Shown here one piece after another: positions 44,754-57,327 of a stretch of 64,000 nucleotides of DNA (the first letter of the stretch is position 1; each line of letters opens with the position of its first letter). The translations under genes and the position numbers were made by a program. The notes below the pieces were generated by a model. That model made no database searches and had not been told where the DNA came from. It worked only from the letters and a program-made list of their open reading frames with translations. Source of the DNA: Caecitellus pseudoparvulus (lineage: Eukaryota > Protista > Bigyra: Bicosoecida); NCBI GenBank assembly GCA_965644315.1, contig CBFFRQ010000088.1, positions 1 through 64,000 of the forward strand, written 5' to 3'.

Positions 44754-44911
44754 GAAGGAAGCCATCTGGCAATTCAAACACTGATGCGCGACACAGCGGG
44801 TGCCTTGACCACCTTCCTCACCCAGACACACGCCTGGGTGCCGCCACACTGCGCAAAACCTGCTCTTTGCTGGAGCTTTGCGCTGTACCCTGCTTGCCCT
44901 GTCTTTGCGAG

Positions 44912-47612
44912 ATGAGTGCTCAGGAAGTAGCCTCGAAGCGCACCGCAGTTGCAGCTGCAAGTGTTGCCCTGTGGCTGCACGACATGGGCTTTGAGAGTGT
45001 CATTCCAGTGCTGGATGGGGAACTGGAGGTGAGCGTTTCGCAGCCGTTTCAACGCCAACGACGCCACGCAGTTGCCTCCTCGTCCCTCGCTGACGACAGG
45101 CACGAGGCATTGATGTCGCGGAAGCACTTGCATTTAGGTCAAAGAGACTGGGCGAGGAGCCTTCGTACCAGATGCTCACTCAAATGGTGCGTGCCACGGA
45201 TGCAACTGGCCGCCTGCTCAGACCAGCGGCACCTCTGGCCCTGCCACGGCACAGGTGACCAAGGTGCGACCCCGTGACTTGGGGGACGGCGCCACCTTGC
45301 TGCCGCTCGTGGGGGGTGCTGCACCGCCGTCCCCAGTGGCACCCGACACCCCCTCACCTTGGAGCCGTGATGAGGAGAAGGCCCTGTTGAAGGCAGTCAA
45401 GGCCTTCCAAGCCAGGAAGAAAGCAGCAGCGGCGGCCGGCGATGCGTCCCTGCGCATTTCGTGGTCGGCCACGGCCAAGGATGTGTCAGTGGCCACAGGC
45501 GCGCCGCTGCGCACCAAGGCGGATGTCAAGGCGCACTTTGCTGAAGTGAAGGCGCGCATTGCTGCCAAGCGGCAAGCTGGCGAGCCCAGCCCCAGCAAGC
45601 CTGCCGCTGCTCCAGCCCCGGTCCCCGCTCCTGCCCCTGCACCCGCGCCTAGCTCTGCACCTGAACTGCCTGAGTTTGGCAGTGCACTGGCGGGGGCGGG
45701 CGGTGGCTGGGGTGACGGCTTGAAGTCCCTAGTACAGGGGGGCGGGGGCACACTGGCGGCCGCTGCGGCGCCGGCCAGCTCAGCGCAGACAGGCAGCGCA
45801 GCCCCCAGTGGGGGGGAATCTTCTGCTACCGCCGCGCCCGCCGCCCAGGCTCCAGCGCCCGCCGTGCATGCCAGCGGATTTGTGGAGGAGGATTTTGACG
45901 GGGAGACGCCAGACGGGCAGTACTCCGGCCCGTCCGAAGGCGCTGTAGGCGCTGCAGCCCACGCGCAGCCCAGCTCTGCGCAAGGGCAGCAGCAGCAGGC
46001 CCCTGTGCGGAGCTGTGTGTCACTCCAGGAAGCGGCAGCGCTGGGCGGTGCGCCCATCCCCCCCGCCCTGCTGCAGGCGTGCCAGGAGCTGTTGCACGGC
46101 ATCCCACAGCCCGACGCGCCAGGAACAACGTTGAAGAGCGGCGTGCCGGTGCTGCGGCAGCTGAATGCCGCGTGGATGCGGCAGGGGGTGCAGGTTGACC
46201 CCCACGCCGGCCTGGGTTTCGGCTTCCTGCAGCACGAAGGGGGGCCATGTGGCGCGCTGGCCTCCCTGCAGGCCACTGCGCTGCAGCACTTGTACTTCCG
46301 CAGCACACCCCTACGTGGCCCTGAGCGTGAAGGGCCAGAGGCCAGGAGGTGGGAGGGCGCAGTGCAGGCCCTGCAGGGACAGGGGCAGGCGGCCGGGCGA
46401 GGTGCCACGTTCAGCGCACTGGCGGGACGCAAGGCGCCCTCTGCCGGGCGAGGGGCCGCCATCCCAGATGCAGCGTGGGCTGCTCCGCCGGCTCCTCTCG
46501 CGGCCGAGGCCGTCTTGGCAGCCTTCGCGGACATTGTGTGGCGGGCTGCCGTGGCGGGCGACGAGGATGAGCCCATGGCAGTGCTGGCCCTGCCTGGGCC
46601 ACAGTCTGGCGGGGCGGGGGAGGGTGCCCGTGCAAAGCCTGCATTGACGGCAGCCTCACGGCAGCTGGTGCACGCCGCCCCCACCAGTGTCGAGCGCAGC
46701 TTGGTGCTGGTGCCGGCCACCTCGCACTCCGCTCTGTTGGGTCTGCTGCACGACTGGGCCGATGTCCTGCTGCAGCCCCAGGCGCCGACGCTCGTGTGCT
46801 TGGTGTACTCAGCCATGCTCTCTCGCGGCTTGGGCGTGCCTGCAGCTGCAGGCTTGGACACCGGGGAGCTGGTCTTCCGCGCAACGGGCGGCTCTGAGGG
46901 AGGGCTCCTGCAGGACATGGACGGCGGCTTGGGCGCGGAGGCCAAGCTGGTGGGGGCGCACAACTACGCCACACAGGAGCTCGTGAACTTGCTGCTCACT
47001 GGGCGCGCCACGTCCAACGTGCACGACGGGGTGAAGAGCTTGGGCGAGGGGGCCCAGGCCACCCAACTCACAGGCGTATCGGCGCAAGCTCAAGTAGGCT
47101 TCCTCACGCTGTTCGAGCACTACGGGTACATGCGTGTGGGGGAGAACTTGAAACAGCCACGCTTCCCCATCTGGGTGGTGTGCTCAGAGTCCCATTACTC
47201 GACGCTCTTTGCCCTGCCGATTGTGGCCACGGGAGGCTGCACCCCCGCCGAGTGGTGGGCAGCGCTGGCTGGAGCCCCGGCGAGCGACACATCGATCCTG
47301 GAAGCGGCTGTGGCCGCCGGGCAGCGGTTGGCGGGCGGCAGCCTCGCGGGGGGCAGTGTGGACCTCGCGTACTACGATGGCCTGGGCGGCCAGGACGCCT
47401 GCATACACCTCACGGCGTATGTGGACGAGGACGGCGAGGCAGTGCCCGCCCAGGCTGCTGGTGCCGGGCCGAAGGTCTTCACGGCAGGCGCTGTGCTGGG
47501 CGCGGCCGTCGCCCACACCGACGACATGGACAGCCCGCCTCTGGACAGGGTGCTGCGAACGCGGTGGCCGCACGCAGCAGTGGACTGGAACGGCTCCGAA
47601 CCCCTGCTCTGA
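44912..47612 (+). CDS. MINDY-family deubiquitinase (MINDY-4/FAM188B-like) with internal SANT/Myb-like segment
   Basis: LQHEGGPCGALA (catalytic Cys), QELVNLLLTGRATSNVHDG, VGENLKQPRFPIWVVCSESHYSTLF (catalytic His) and LRTRWP. 5' exon from ATG 44912. Confidence 0.88.
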
Positions 47613-47639
47613 GCTTCATCCGCCCCGCAATGCACCCCC

Positions 47640-49046
47640 TCACGCGTCCGAGGCCATGAAGCTGGCCAGAGGCAGCTGCAGGCGCTGTGCCACCTTCTCC
47701 ACCGTGTCCCGCCCCGCCGCACAGCGCAGCTTCACCTCATCCAGCCCAGACCTGGCAGTGGCCTTGGCTAGCAGCCCCAGGGAGATCAGGGTGGCCACCG
47801 TCGTGAGCAGGTCCAGCCCCGCCGCCTCCGTGGAGGCCTTCGTGCCAGCATGCGCCGCGACCAGGGCGTGGAACACGGCCTGCAGTCGCTCCAGCGTGAA
47901 GGGCTTAGGGCCCTTGTCCAAACTGCTGCTGTTCTTGGCTGAGCTGCGCCGGCGCTTGGTTCCGCGCTTCCTCCCGCTGTGAGCCCTGGACAGCAGGGCC
48001 AAGTCAATGTCGGCGGGATTGTGGCTGGCCAGGAAGGCCGCCACCAGCATGTACTTGGCAAAGTGCGGCAGCTCCACATCCATGCCGCGCTGGCTGGTGC
48101 CACCTGGTGCGGCGGCGTCAGGCGCCACTTCCAAGTCCCGGTGCAGCAGGCGCTGCTTCATGGCTAGGAAGTGTGGCGACACGGCCTTGAACAAGGCGGC
48201 AGGCTGGAGTGCGCCGGAGGCCTTGGCCGCCTCGGCCGTGTACAGCGGCCACGCGACGGACACGAGGTACGCGAGCTCCTGGATGTCGGCGCCCACCACG
48301 GCATGGAAGGCTCCCCAAACATGCCCCACGGCCGTGCGGTACAGCGCCGCATCCACGCCTTGTGGAGCCGCTGCCACGAGGGTGTCTATGGCTTCGGCCT
48401 TGGAGGGAGGCGGCACGTGCAGCAGCAAGGGTGGCGTGCCGGCTGAGGGCAGGTGCCGTGTGACGGCCGTCGCAGACTCGGCAATGAGCACCGGCACGAC
48501 AGCCCGCCCACTCAGCTCGGCGATGCGCAGGAGCGGCGCAATGTGGCTAGGAAGGTGGGCTGCCAGGCGATCCGCCCCATGCAGCAGCAGCACCAGGGCC
48601 TGCTCCGGCCGCACCAGGCGCCGCAGAGCCAGAGCCACGTCGGAGAAGGAGCAGACAGCCCCCACGCCAGATGTGGAAGCGCCCGCGCCGGCAGAGGAGA
48701 TGGCCCCGATGCTGGCTCGCTTCCCCCCCACATGCACGAGCATGGACAGCGCCACAGCAGCCGCCTGCTCAGGGACGTCCTCCTGCCGAATGCCCTGCGT
48801 GTCCAGCTGGCTCACGCGGCGCCCAACCAGCAGGCGAAACAGGGTTGTTGGGCTGTCCACCTCGACGTCCGACACGGAGACGAAGGGAAGAGAGAGCTCG
48901 TCCAGTACTTGAATGACCCTTTCAGTGGCTGTCTCCACGCCTGCCCCGTACACGATCACTGGCGCCACTGGGATGGCGGGTGACTGTGCGGAAATCGGGT
49001 CCAAGCATGCAGATAAATGAGCATGCAACGCCGCCTTGTACTGCAT
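47640..49046 (-). CDS. ORC5: Origin recognition complex subunit 5
   Basis: ELPHFAKYMLVAAFLASHNP and GPKPFTLERLQAVF match the ORC5 C-terminal domain. The AAA+ N-terminus is degenerate. Confidence 0.85.
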   Translation of the reverse strand: MQYKAALHAHLSACLDPISAQSPAIPVAPVIVYGAGVETATERVIQVLDELSLPFVSVSDVEVDSPTTLFRLLVGRRVSQLDTQGIRQEDVPEQAAAVALSMLVHVGGKRASIGAISSAGAGASTSGVGAVCSFSDVALALRRLVRPEQALVLLLHGADRLAAHLPSHIAPLLRIAELSGRAVVPVLIAESATAVTRHLPSAGTPPLLLHVPPPSKAEAIDTLVAAAPQGVDAALYRTAVGHVWGAFHAVVGADIQELAYLVSVAWPLYTAEAAKASGALQPAALFKAVSPHFLAMKQRLLHRDLEVAPDAAAPGGTSQRGMDVELPHFAKYMLVAAFLASHNPADIDLALLSRAHSGRKRGTKRRRSSAKNSSSLDKGPKPFTLERLQAVFHALVAAHAGTKASTEAAGLDLLTTVATLISLGLLAKATARSGLDEVKLRCAAGRDTVEKVAQRLQLPLASFMASDA

Positions 49047-49320
49047 CTCGGCACCCAGCCGTAGAATTCTGCTTATGGGTGTCTGATGCCGTTGCTGTGA
49101 CGGGGCCTCGCTGCCCGTGTATCGACTTGGGCTTCGACAGAGGCTTGTGGTTTGTGAGGCACTTGCCACAGTGCGCCGACTACACAAAGCGGCGCGTCGG
49201 TCAAAATTTACACACCAGGAATGCGGCGGCGATGAGGGCATACCTATTGAGTTCTTCACCTCTGCATTCCTCCCGGTTGGCTCGCTGACTCCATGGGAGC
49301 GAGGTGACCTGCGCAGCACC

Positions 49321-52300
49321 ATGCAGGCTAGCGGGGCGCCCCTCAGGCGGGACCAGCTGCCTGCAGAAATTGGCGGCTCGTTGCCGCCGCTCCTCCGAGG
49401 GCCCCGCCAAGGAGAGGTGCAGCTGCACATCCCAGCGTTTGGCGCGCGGGGCGGTGTTGGAGCGGCGCGCCACCGCCATGTCACTGTTGAGGCAGAGTGG
49501 TGGGGCATGGACGAGGACGCGGAGGCGCCTGTGCCGCGCTTGGTGGCCACGAAGCTGCGAGAGCGCGCAGTGGCGGGCCTGCAGAACACACACAAGTCAG
49601 CCCTCAACACTGCCTGGTTCCCCATCGTCGTCAAGGCGGAAGCCATGCAGCGCTACCTCGACAGCATGGTACGTCCAACGGCATGGGTGTCTTGCGATGA
49701 CTCCTCCACGCCCAAGGGAGCCTCATGATTCACGAGCCCACACATGTCATACACGCACAGGAGGTTCTGCTTTGCCACGTGTACGACGGGTCTGAGGGTC
49801 CGCTGTTGGGAACTGCAGCGGTGCGCCTGGACGACGCAGCAATTTCCGCAGGTCAGCCGCCTGGCGGTCTGCAGCTGACAAAGGTACAGCACCCGGCCAC
49901 TGGCAACATTGCAGGCACATTGGCAGTCCAGATAGAGGTGCGCTACGGCCCTACGAGCAGGCTGTTTGAGAGCAGCCCGCAAGAGGACGGGGAAGAGCAT
50001 GCCAACGGCAGCGATTCAAAGTCCGCAGCGCAAAGCGCTGATGCAGCAGGGGACAGGGCAGCTGCAGCAGGGGTGGGCGGCTCAGTCCTCGAGGAACATG
50101 ATCATTCGTCCCCTGTGACCAGTGCAGACGGTGGGGCGACTTCGCAGCAGGCTGGGCAAGCGCTGCCCGTACCTGACCCGCCGGCAAGTCCGGTGCCTGC
50201 CGAGACGTCTGCCGTGTCTGAGCACCCTGTTGAACGCAGCACCACGCCACCGCCTGCGCGATCCGACAGTGCTAGTGTCGCAGCCAGCACACCCTCCCCC
50301 GCGCGCAGCGAGGAGTCGGCTCCAGACACACCCGCCCCTGCCCGCCCACCGGCACAGCCCCACAAGCAGTTTGACCCGCCACCACGCCCCCTCCAGCCAG
50401 GTCTGGGCCTCGCACGCCTGCGCCACCCGCCGCAAGTGCACCAGCCCTCCCCACCGTCCCAGCAGCACCTGCTAGGTGCCGTGCTGCAGCGAGCAGAGGC
50501 CCTGCGCCGGCGGCTGGATCGGGAGGCACAGGAGGCGGAGCCGGCGTGGTTGGCTCAGCCAGGACCGCCGCCTGACACGGGCTCTCCCAGCACACATGCC
50601 CTGCCGCGACCCGAGGAGGTGCTGTCTGCGCTCAAGCAGCGCAATGCTGCGCCTGGTTCTGACCCATTCGTCTTCTCTGCATTCCCGCCGCAGCTGGTGG
50701 AGGAGGGGGGGAGCACCCCCGAGCAGCTTGACGCGTGGGTAGCAGCCGACGCACGGCGGCAGCACTGGGGAGCAGCTGCGACAGCAGTGGGTGCAGCTAG
50801 GGCTGGCCTACACCCAGGGGAGAGCGTGTTACCTGACCCGCCCCGCAGCGCCCACCAGTACCGGTTTGGGGGAGCTGGGGGCGGCGGCGCCGTGGGGCAT
50901 GCCGTGCGAGACGCCATCCGCCACGCGGCGGCAGGACACCCCCTGACCATGGAAGGCACTGCTGAGCTGGAGCGCGCTCTGCCTCTAGTGGACCAAGCGC
51001 GAGAGCCGCCAGTGCCGCCAGACCTGTCAGAGCGCCTCTCTGATGGCCGTTCCTTGGCCCCCGTGCTCCTGGACCCCGTCGCGCAAACACTGGTGGACGT
51101 CCTGGGCCCAGAGGCCGGCATGGAACTGCACCTGTTCGAAGTGGAGCAGGGCGGCGCAGGTGCCGACAGCGCCTGGCTGGCCAAGCTCCTGCGGGAGACG
51201 GAGGCTGAAGCCGCGACGCACACGGCAGCCCTCGCAGCTGGTCGGGAAGTGCAGGCGCTCCCTGGCATCCTGCGTCTCGCGAGGGAGGTGCGGAGCCGGG
51301 TGGCGCGGGTGTCTGCTGCGCGCGTCTCGGTGTCGGCAGTGGTGCTGCGGCCGCAAGTGGCGGTGTTGACCGCCTTCCTCGCCGCATCCATGCTGGCAGA
51401 CCACGTGGCAGAGTGGATACTGGCGCAGGCAGGGGACAGCACCGGCTCGCCCAGTGCCTCCAGCGCCAGTGCCTCCCTGCCCGGGACAACAGTCGCAAAC
51501 GGAGTGGTGGAGGCGCTGCGTCCCCTGGCCCTGGTGGCAGTGTCCGGCGACGAAGGGGGTGGCGGCCGCAGGCAGGGCGGCAGCAGCGACCGGGGCAGTG
51601 TCGGCACGTCGCAGACAGGCGCTTCCTCGGCGCAGCCCAGGGGCGGCGCTGACGCCGACGTCGGCAGTGTCGGCACTGGGACAGTGGGCGGGGACGCCGC
51701 GACTGTCATCACCACCGCATCCGGCGGCACACACGGCACACGGGCCACAGGCATGACTGGCGCCACTGCCCGGCACACCAGCCTGCCTGCGCCCAGCCCC
51801 AGCGTCCCGCCTGCAGTGCTGCTGAAGGCGTTGCGAGGCGTCCCAGGCGACACGCTGCCAAAGCGAGTTGCAGCATCGCTGCTGCGCAGCGGAGGTGCGC
51901 TCAAGTCCAAGTACGCCAGGGCCCTGGCAGACTGGGCGCTGGGGGTGGGGGGTGGCAACGTGGGTGGAAATCGGCCTTCTGGCGCGCAGTGGACGCTGGA
52001 GTACACGCTGCCGCCCATGGCGGGCTCGGGAGCAGTGCTGGTGCAGCACCGCCAAGTGCTGCACTCCAGCACGGGCGCCCGGGGCGCGGGCAACGCCAAG
52101 GCTCTTCGACGGTACCTCTCTGCCAGTCGGCGGTACGGCAGGGGCGGCGGCTCGGCGGCCTCCCCCGTCAGCGCGTGGCTGGGCACTCTGGACCCGGACG
52201 GCTCCCGCTGCGTCGCGCTGCCCTTTGCCACGAGGGCAGCAGGCGCGGCAGCCACTGCTGCCCACGGCAGTGCTGCGGCAGGGCGCGGGGAGGACGACCC

Positions 52301-55300
52301 ATTGGAGGCGTTGCTGTCGGGGGGTGGGGCGGATACCGTGACGTTGCCTGGGTCGCTGCACACGCCCGAGGCAGCAGGTGCGTGGCTGGGGGAGGGTGGG
52401 TGCACGGCGGGAGACGACGGAACACCGCCACCTCCCAGCAGCATGGCCGTGCGGCTGTTCTTGCACATTGACCCCCGCGATGTGGCCTTCGGCGCCAAGA
52501 GTCGTGATCGCGCGGCAGCAGCCTCTGCGGACGGCGCACACGAGGCAAGGGTCACCGTGCAACCTGGACCTGTGGCTTCGCAGGTGGCCGAGTCCTCCAC
52601 CGCTCGCGAGCCGGGGCAGGCGCTGTACGGCTTCGACGGCGATGCCCACAAGGTGCTGGTGGGCGAGGGCTTCCTCCCACTGCGCCCCCTGCTGCTGTCA
52701 CCCGCACTGGTGCTGGAGTCAGTGGTGGACTTGTACGTGCCGGGGAGCTGCCCAGCCCAGGCTTGGGACGGGGGCGACGAAAGTCAAGGACTGGACAGTG
52801 CGAGCACCCCCTCTGAACAGGCTGCCAACCCTGCTCTGCACGATCTGCAGCGCCACCGCCGAGACACTGCTGCGGCGGCCATGGACAGGGCAGGCGGCTC
52901 CACGGGCGGAGCGCGGCGCAGGCGCAGCCCTGCTCAACGCCTGGCCGGCACGGGGCCGCTGCTGGTGGGGCAAGTAGGCATCGTGCTTGAGCTAGTGCAG
53001 GAGGAGGATGGCGTCCATGGCGTGCTGTCCCCCGAAGCGCTGCAGGCGCACGACCAAGGGCCGCAGCTTGGGACAGCGCCGCCAGAGGCCCAGGGCCGCC
53101 AGCTGGACGCGCAGTGCTCTACGACGCACGTGTCTAACGCGCGCATAGGCGGGGTGACCGAAGCCAGCCCCCGAGACACGTCCCTTCAGAGCATTTTGGA
53201 TGCTGCACGGCGGCTCCGAGGCGCAGCTGTCCCGGACCCGGACCCCTCCAGGCAGGCAACTGAGCCCACCACGCCCCCCAGCCGGCCAGCGTTGGCCAGC
53301 GGCGCAGTGTCCGTCGCTCCAAGCCGAAGCAGCCAGCAGCACGGCCCAGGAGGCCCGGTGGCAGCTGCTCTGGGCGACTTTCTGAACGCAGGCACGCGGG
53401 TGCGTCGGCACGTGACTTCATCTGGTGCAGGCCGGGAAGTCCGCTCCATCGCCCACGCGGCAGCCACCTCCCTCGCGGCCCTGCACAAGCGTTCGCGGGC
53501 GTGGCTGGCCCGCGTGTGCGCTGTGCCGGACACGCCTGCTCACGCCCTGCGCGAACTGCTGTTCCAGGCCTCCCTGTGGCTGTCACCCGGTGGTGGCGTG
53601 GGGCCGCTGTTCGGGGGCCGCACGCACGGTCTCCCCTTCCTGCCGTGCCTGCCCCCTGGCCTGGATGGGAGGCAGCCCCTGGCCATGGCGCGTGACGCCA
53701 TGGTGTCAGCCAAGGAGGGCAGCCCCCAGACGGCGGTGGCTGTATCCCTGCACGGCCTCTCTGGGCTGTCCATTCGACCAGCTCGCCTGGCACAGCGCAG
53801 CGGAGGCGCCCTGGCCTCGGCCAGCACCGTTCTCGCCGCCTCGGCCCGCGGACACGGGCAGCAACCTCATCCAGACTCCCAACATGGGCCCGTCCGCCTG
53901 CAGCACGTGTGTGTTTCCTGGCGCGGCCACTGGAAGTGTTCGGTCACGGGTGCGGAGCGAGCCGGGCCGCCCGTCTCCGTGCCGTTCTCTGCCCACCAAC
54001 ACTTCTTCCCTGCTCACCTTCCACCGAAACTGCCCAGCTCTTCAGCTGCTGCTTCGTCACCGCGGGTGTCTCCTCGTCAAGCGCTGCGGGCAAGCATGCA
54101 GGCCTCTGGTCGCAGCACGCCCCGTCGCACAGTGTCCTTTCGCAGGCGCCCTGGGTCGGGGCGGCACAGTGCTCGCAGTGCTGCGTCCCGCTCCCCCGGA
54201 CAACAAGAGCCAGAGGCCTCGGAGGAGCCGCAACCGGTGTCCCCCGAACAGGCTGCCCTGGACAGCGTCACGTCCAGCGGCGGCACAGTCATCTTCCGCA
54301 AGCCACTGCCGCCCGGACACAAGAAGCAACACACGCCCCCGTCCTCGTGCTGTGCCGTGCTGCCTGCGCTGTGGCACGCCCTGCCCCACTCCAGCGGCTC
54401 CCAGTACAAGCTGCAAGCCCTGGAGCTCCGAGTGCACGCTGTGGTGACAGCTGGCAGGCTGGCGCCCGAGACCCTGCTGTGCGGCTCCACCTTGGTGCCC
54501 TTGGATGCAGCTGCGGCCAGCAGTGTCCACAGCGTCAATGGTGTCGGGCGCTCCTCCCTCGTGCACAGGGACATCACGCTGCCCCTCAAGGCGCACGCCC
54601 CGGAGCACGTCCCCACCACCGCCGAGGTGCTGGGCGGCGCCTCGCTTGCCGATGCTCACCAGCTGCCTGCAGTGGCCGCCTCCCAGCCCCACGTCGCTGG
54701 CCGTGTGCACTTGTCAGTGTCAGCCGGCGCGTTGGAGGCCCTGGCGTCCGACGCAGTCGTGGACGCCGCATCTCGGCGTGTTCAGGCGGCGTGGCGGAGC
54801 TACCTGCAGCGGCGCTGGGCGTGGCAGGTCAAGCAGGGCGTGCGAGTGGAGCGCGTGGGGCAGGCAGACGACGCCGATGGAGGCTCCGCCACCCCCTCCT
54901 CCCCTTCACTCTCCGCAGCTTCTGGCAGTGTGCAGGTTTACACTCACACGGTACCGCAGCACATGCCCTCGCCTCCGCCTGCAGCACACCCAGCAGTGCC
55001 GCCGCTGCCCCTGCCAGCCGAGGCGGCCCCCGCCAGCGCACCCCCTCCATCCACGCACAGTCCCTCACCCCCCTCACAAGCCACGTCAGACGACGACATT
55101 GGGCAAGAAGAGCCTGCCCGCCCGACTGCCCAACCCTCCCCGCAGAGTGACTCGGATGCGGTGTCCAGTGCACCTGCCGTGGATGTGGAGGAAGTGCCTG
55201 CGGACGCACGCCAGCCAGGTTCCGCCGCTGACACGGCTGCTCCACCCGTGGCCGTCGAAGGCGACTCTGCGCGCTCCGCCTCGCCAGCCTCACACGCTGC

Positions 55301-56288
55301 TAGCGCTGAGCCGTGGAGTGACAGCGAGGAGTCTGTCTCAGCCGCCGCATCCCCGGGCCATGCCAATGCCCTCGCACAAGCGCCAGGCTTCCCCTCACCG
55401 CGCCGCCCACCCGCTCCACGCGCCAAGTGGACACACCAGCTGCAGCTGTATGCTGGCGAGACCTGCCCGAAGGAACTGCTTCGGTGGCTGGGGGCTGCAC
55501 CGGGGGGCTGCAAGGTGACGTACACCTTCCCCCCAGTGCTGGAGGCTTCGGCCGCAGACCACGTCCGAGTTGCCTCTGGGGACCCTGCCGCCGCGCCGCG
55601 CAGTGCCGTGGTCGGGGACGCAGGCGTGAGCCCCTGGGGCAGTGGCCAGCACACTGCTGCAGCAGCGGCGAAGGCGGTGCTTGCAGCGCTGCAGGGCAAG
55701 CCTGACCACCTCCCCACCCTGCACGCGCCAGACGGCACGGGGGAGCTGTGGTGGGCTAGCCAGGACCGTAGCGACAGCAGCAACTCCCTGCACACCTTTG
55801 GCTCGGGGCCGGCCCCGCCTGAAGATGCCCCTCCAGAGCCTGTGACGGGGCTGCCAGGGGTGGCTGCGGCAGCGGCGGCCGCGGCAGTGGACCTGCTGTG
55901 CGGCGGCGCCGGGCAGGATAAGTGCATCGTGTTGCTGGTGGAGGGGGGTGAGGCGGCAGCCGCTGCGCCGAGTGCTGCGCGCCAGGCGGCAGTGGGCGTC
56001 CTCCCCTCCGCCGTCCTGCGCTCCCTGGTGGCCACTGCCTGGCAGCGGGGGGCGCGTGCCTCTGACCTGTCCCAGCCCATGCCCTCCCAGGCCGCGCCCC
56101 TGGAGCAGATTGCCGCAGCTGACAGCCTGCTGCGGCAAGTGCTGGCTGGCCGACGAGTGGCCCTGCCGCCGGGGAGCCCTGTCGTGGCGGCACGGCGGGT
56201 GGAGGTGCTGCTGCAAGCGCCGTTTGGCGGCGCAGCAGCCCCCGCGACGCTGCCGCTGCTGCTCGTGTACCGTGCCGTGTTTAGCTGA
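49321..56288 (+). CDS. Large C2-domain centriolar protein, C2CD3-like N-terminus, with IQ motif
   Basis: LPPLLRG...VTVEAEWWG...FPIVVKAEAMQRYLDSM resembles the C2CD3 N-terminal C2. Intron 49669-49760. Further C2-like strands (LVGEGFLPLRPLL, LCGSTLVPL) and IQ-like ASRRVQAAWRSYLQRR. Confidence 0.65.
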
Positions 56289-56410
56289 GCTGGGAGCAAT
56301 GCACTGCCAATGGGGGGCGACAAGGGCGCTTGCAACTGGCTGCATGCCATGCGAGCGCATGCGTAAAGGGGTGCATTCAGGGTGGGTGGGGAGGGGGTGC
56401 GGCGGCGGCG

Positions 56411-57009
56411 TCACTGCCCTCCTCGTGCCTCGGACACGTCGTACCCCGCCTCCTCCAGCGCACGCAGAGCGGCGTAGTTCTTGCCGAACTCCACAGGCAA
56501 GCCCTGGACGCGGCGCCGGATGCGTTCCTCGGCTTCGTCTCGAGCCCAGTCTTGCATGCTGTTGTTGGGCACCGCGTTGGACAGGAACGGCACCGCCACC
56601 AGCGCAGCCAACATGACGTACATGCTGGCCTCCCAGTGCTCCCATGGGCGCTTTGCTCCGCCAGGCAGGGGCTGCGCAAGGAGAGAGAGTCATTGTTTGC
56701 GTGTGCCTTTCTACGCACACCTCTGCGCCACGCTCCGTCGCCCGTAGAGCAGTGGGGAGCCTGGGCTGGCGCTCTGCGGAAATAGCACTCGCATGTCACT
56801 GCCGCCAGTCTCACCTTCTCGCCGAAAGGGTACGCCTGGGTGGCGAGGTATTTCTGCAGCTCTGGGCTGACCTCGCGTGTGGGGGCCCCACCAGAAGCAG
56901 CGCCCGCGCCGCCTGTCGCAGCTGCAGGCGTGACGGGAGCCACTGCCCGAGCTGGTGTGGGAGCTGCCATGAGGCGCCGCAGCGCCCTGCTGCCGGTACG
57001 AGCCGCCAT
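56411..57009 (-). CDS. NADH:ubiquinone oxidoreductase ESSS subunit (NDUFB11-like)
   Basis: Presequence; spliced (intron 56672-56814) YPFGEK-PLPGGAKRPWEHWEASMY-TM-PNNSMQDWARDEAEERI matches the ESSS pattern. Confidence 0.8.
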
Positions 57010-57327
57010 GGTGCGCAGTGAATGCTTTGCTCGCCGAAATGCCCCTATGCAATGTCTGACTGCGTGTGCTGTGCACAGGCTGGTCACGCTGCTTTTGTGG
57101 GCAGCAGGTCAATGCAGTGCTGCACAGTGGGAGTGTCGAAGCGGGTGCAGGGCCCCTCACGGCCACCCAGCGCTCCCCTAGCGTCAGCAACGAGCCTGGT
57201 CGGATGCCATGTAACCTGAACACTTTCCTTGCTGCGTGTGGAGCCCTGTGCGTGTCTTCCCCTGCTCCACCTCCCCCCAAGCACTGCTGCCGGAGCCTTC
57301 GGGCCACCGATTTCCGCACTCTTCGTT

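Noticed and set aside
49047-49646. 200-aa N-terminal extension of ORC5 in the ORF track
   Set aside because: It overlaps, antisense, the C2CD3-like first exon and looks like shadow ORF. ATG 49046 gives a normal-sized ORC5.
45218-56350. Long antisense or alternative-frame ORFs (e.g. 45218..46963, 50555..52651, 54944..56350)
   Set aside because: These are expected shadow ORFs in high-GC coding DNA; they have no motifs and lie opposite well-supported genes.
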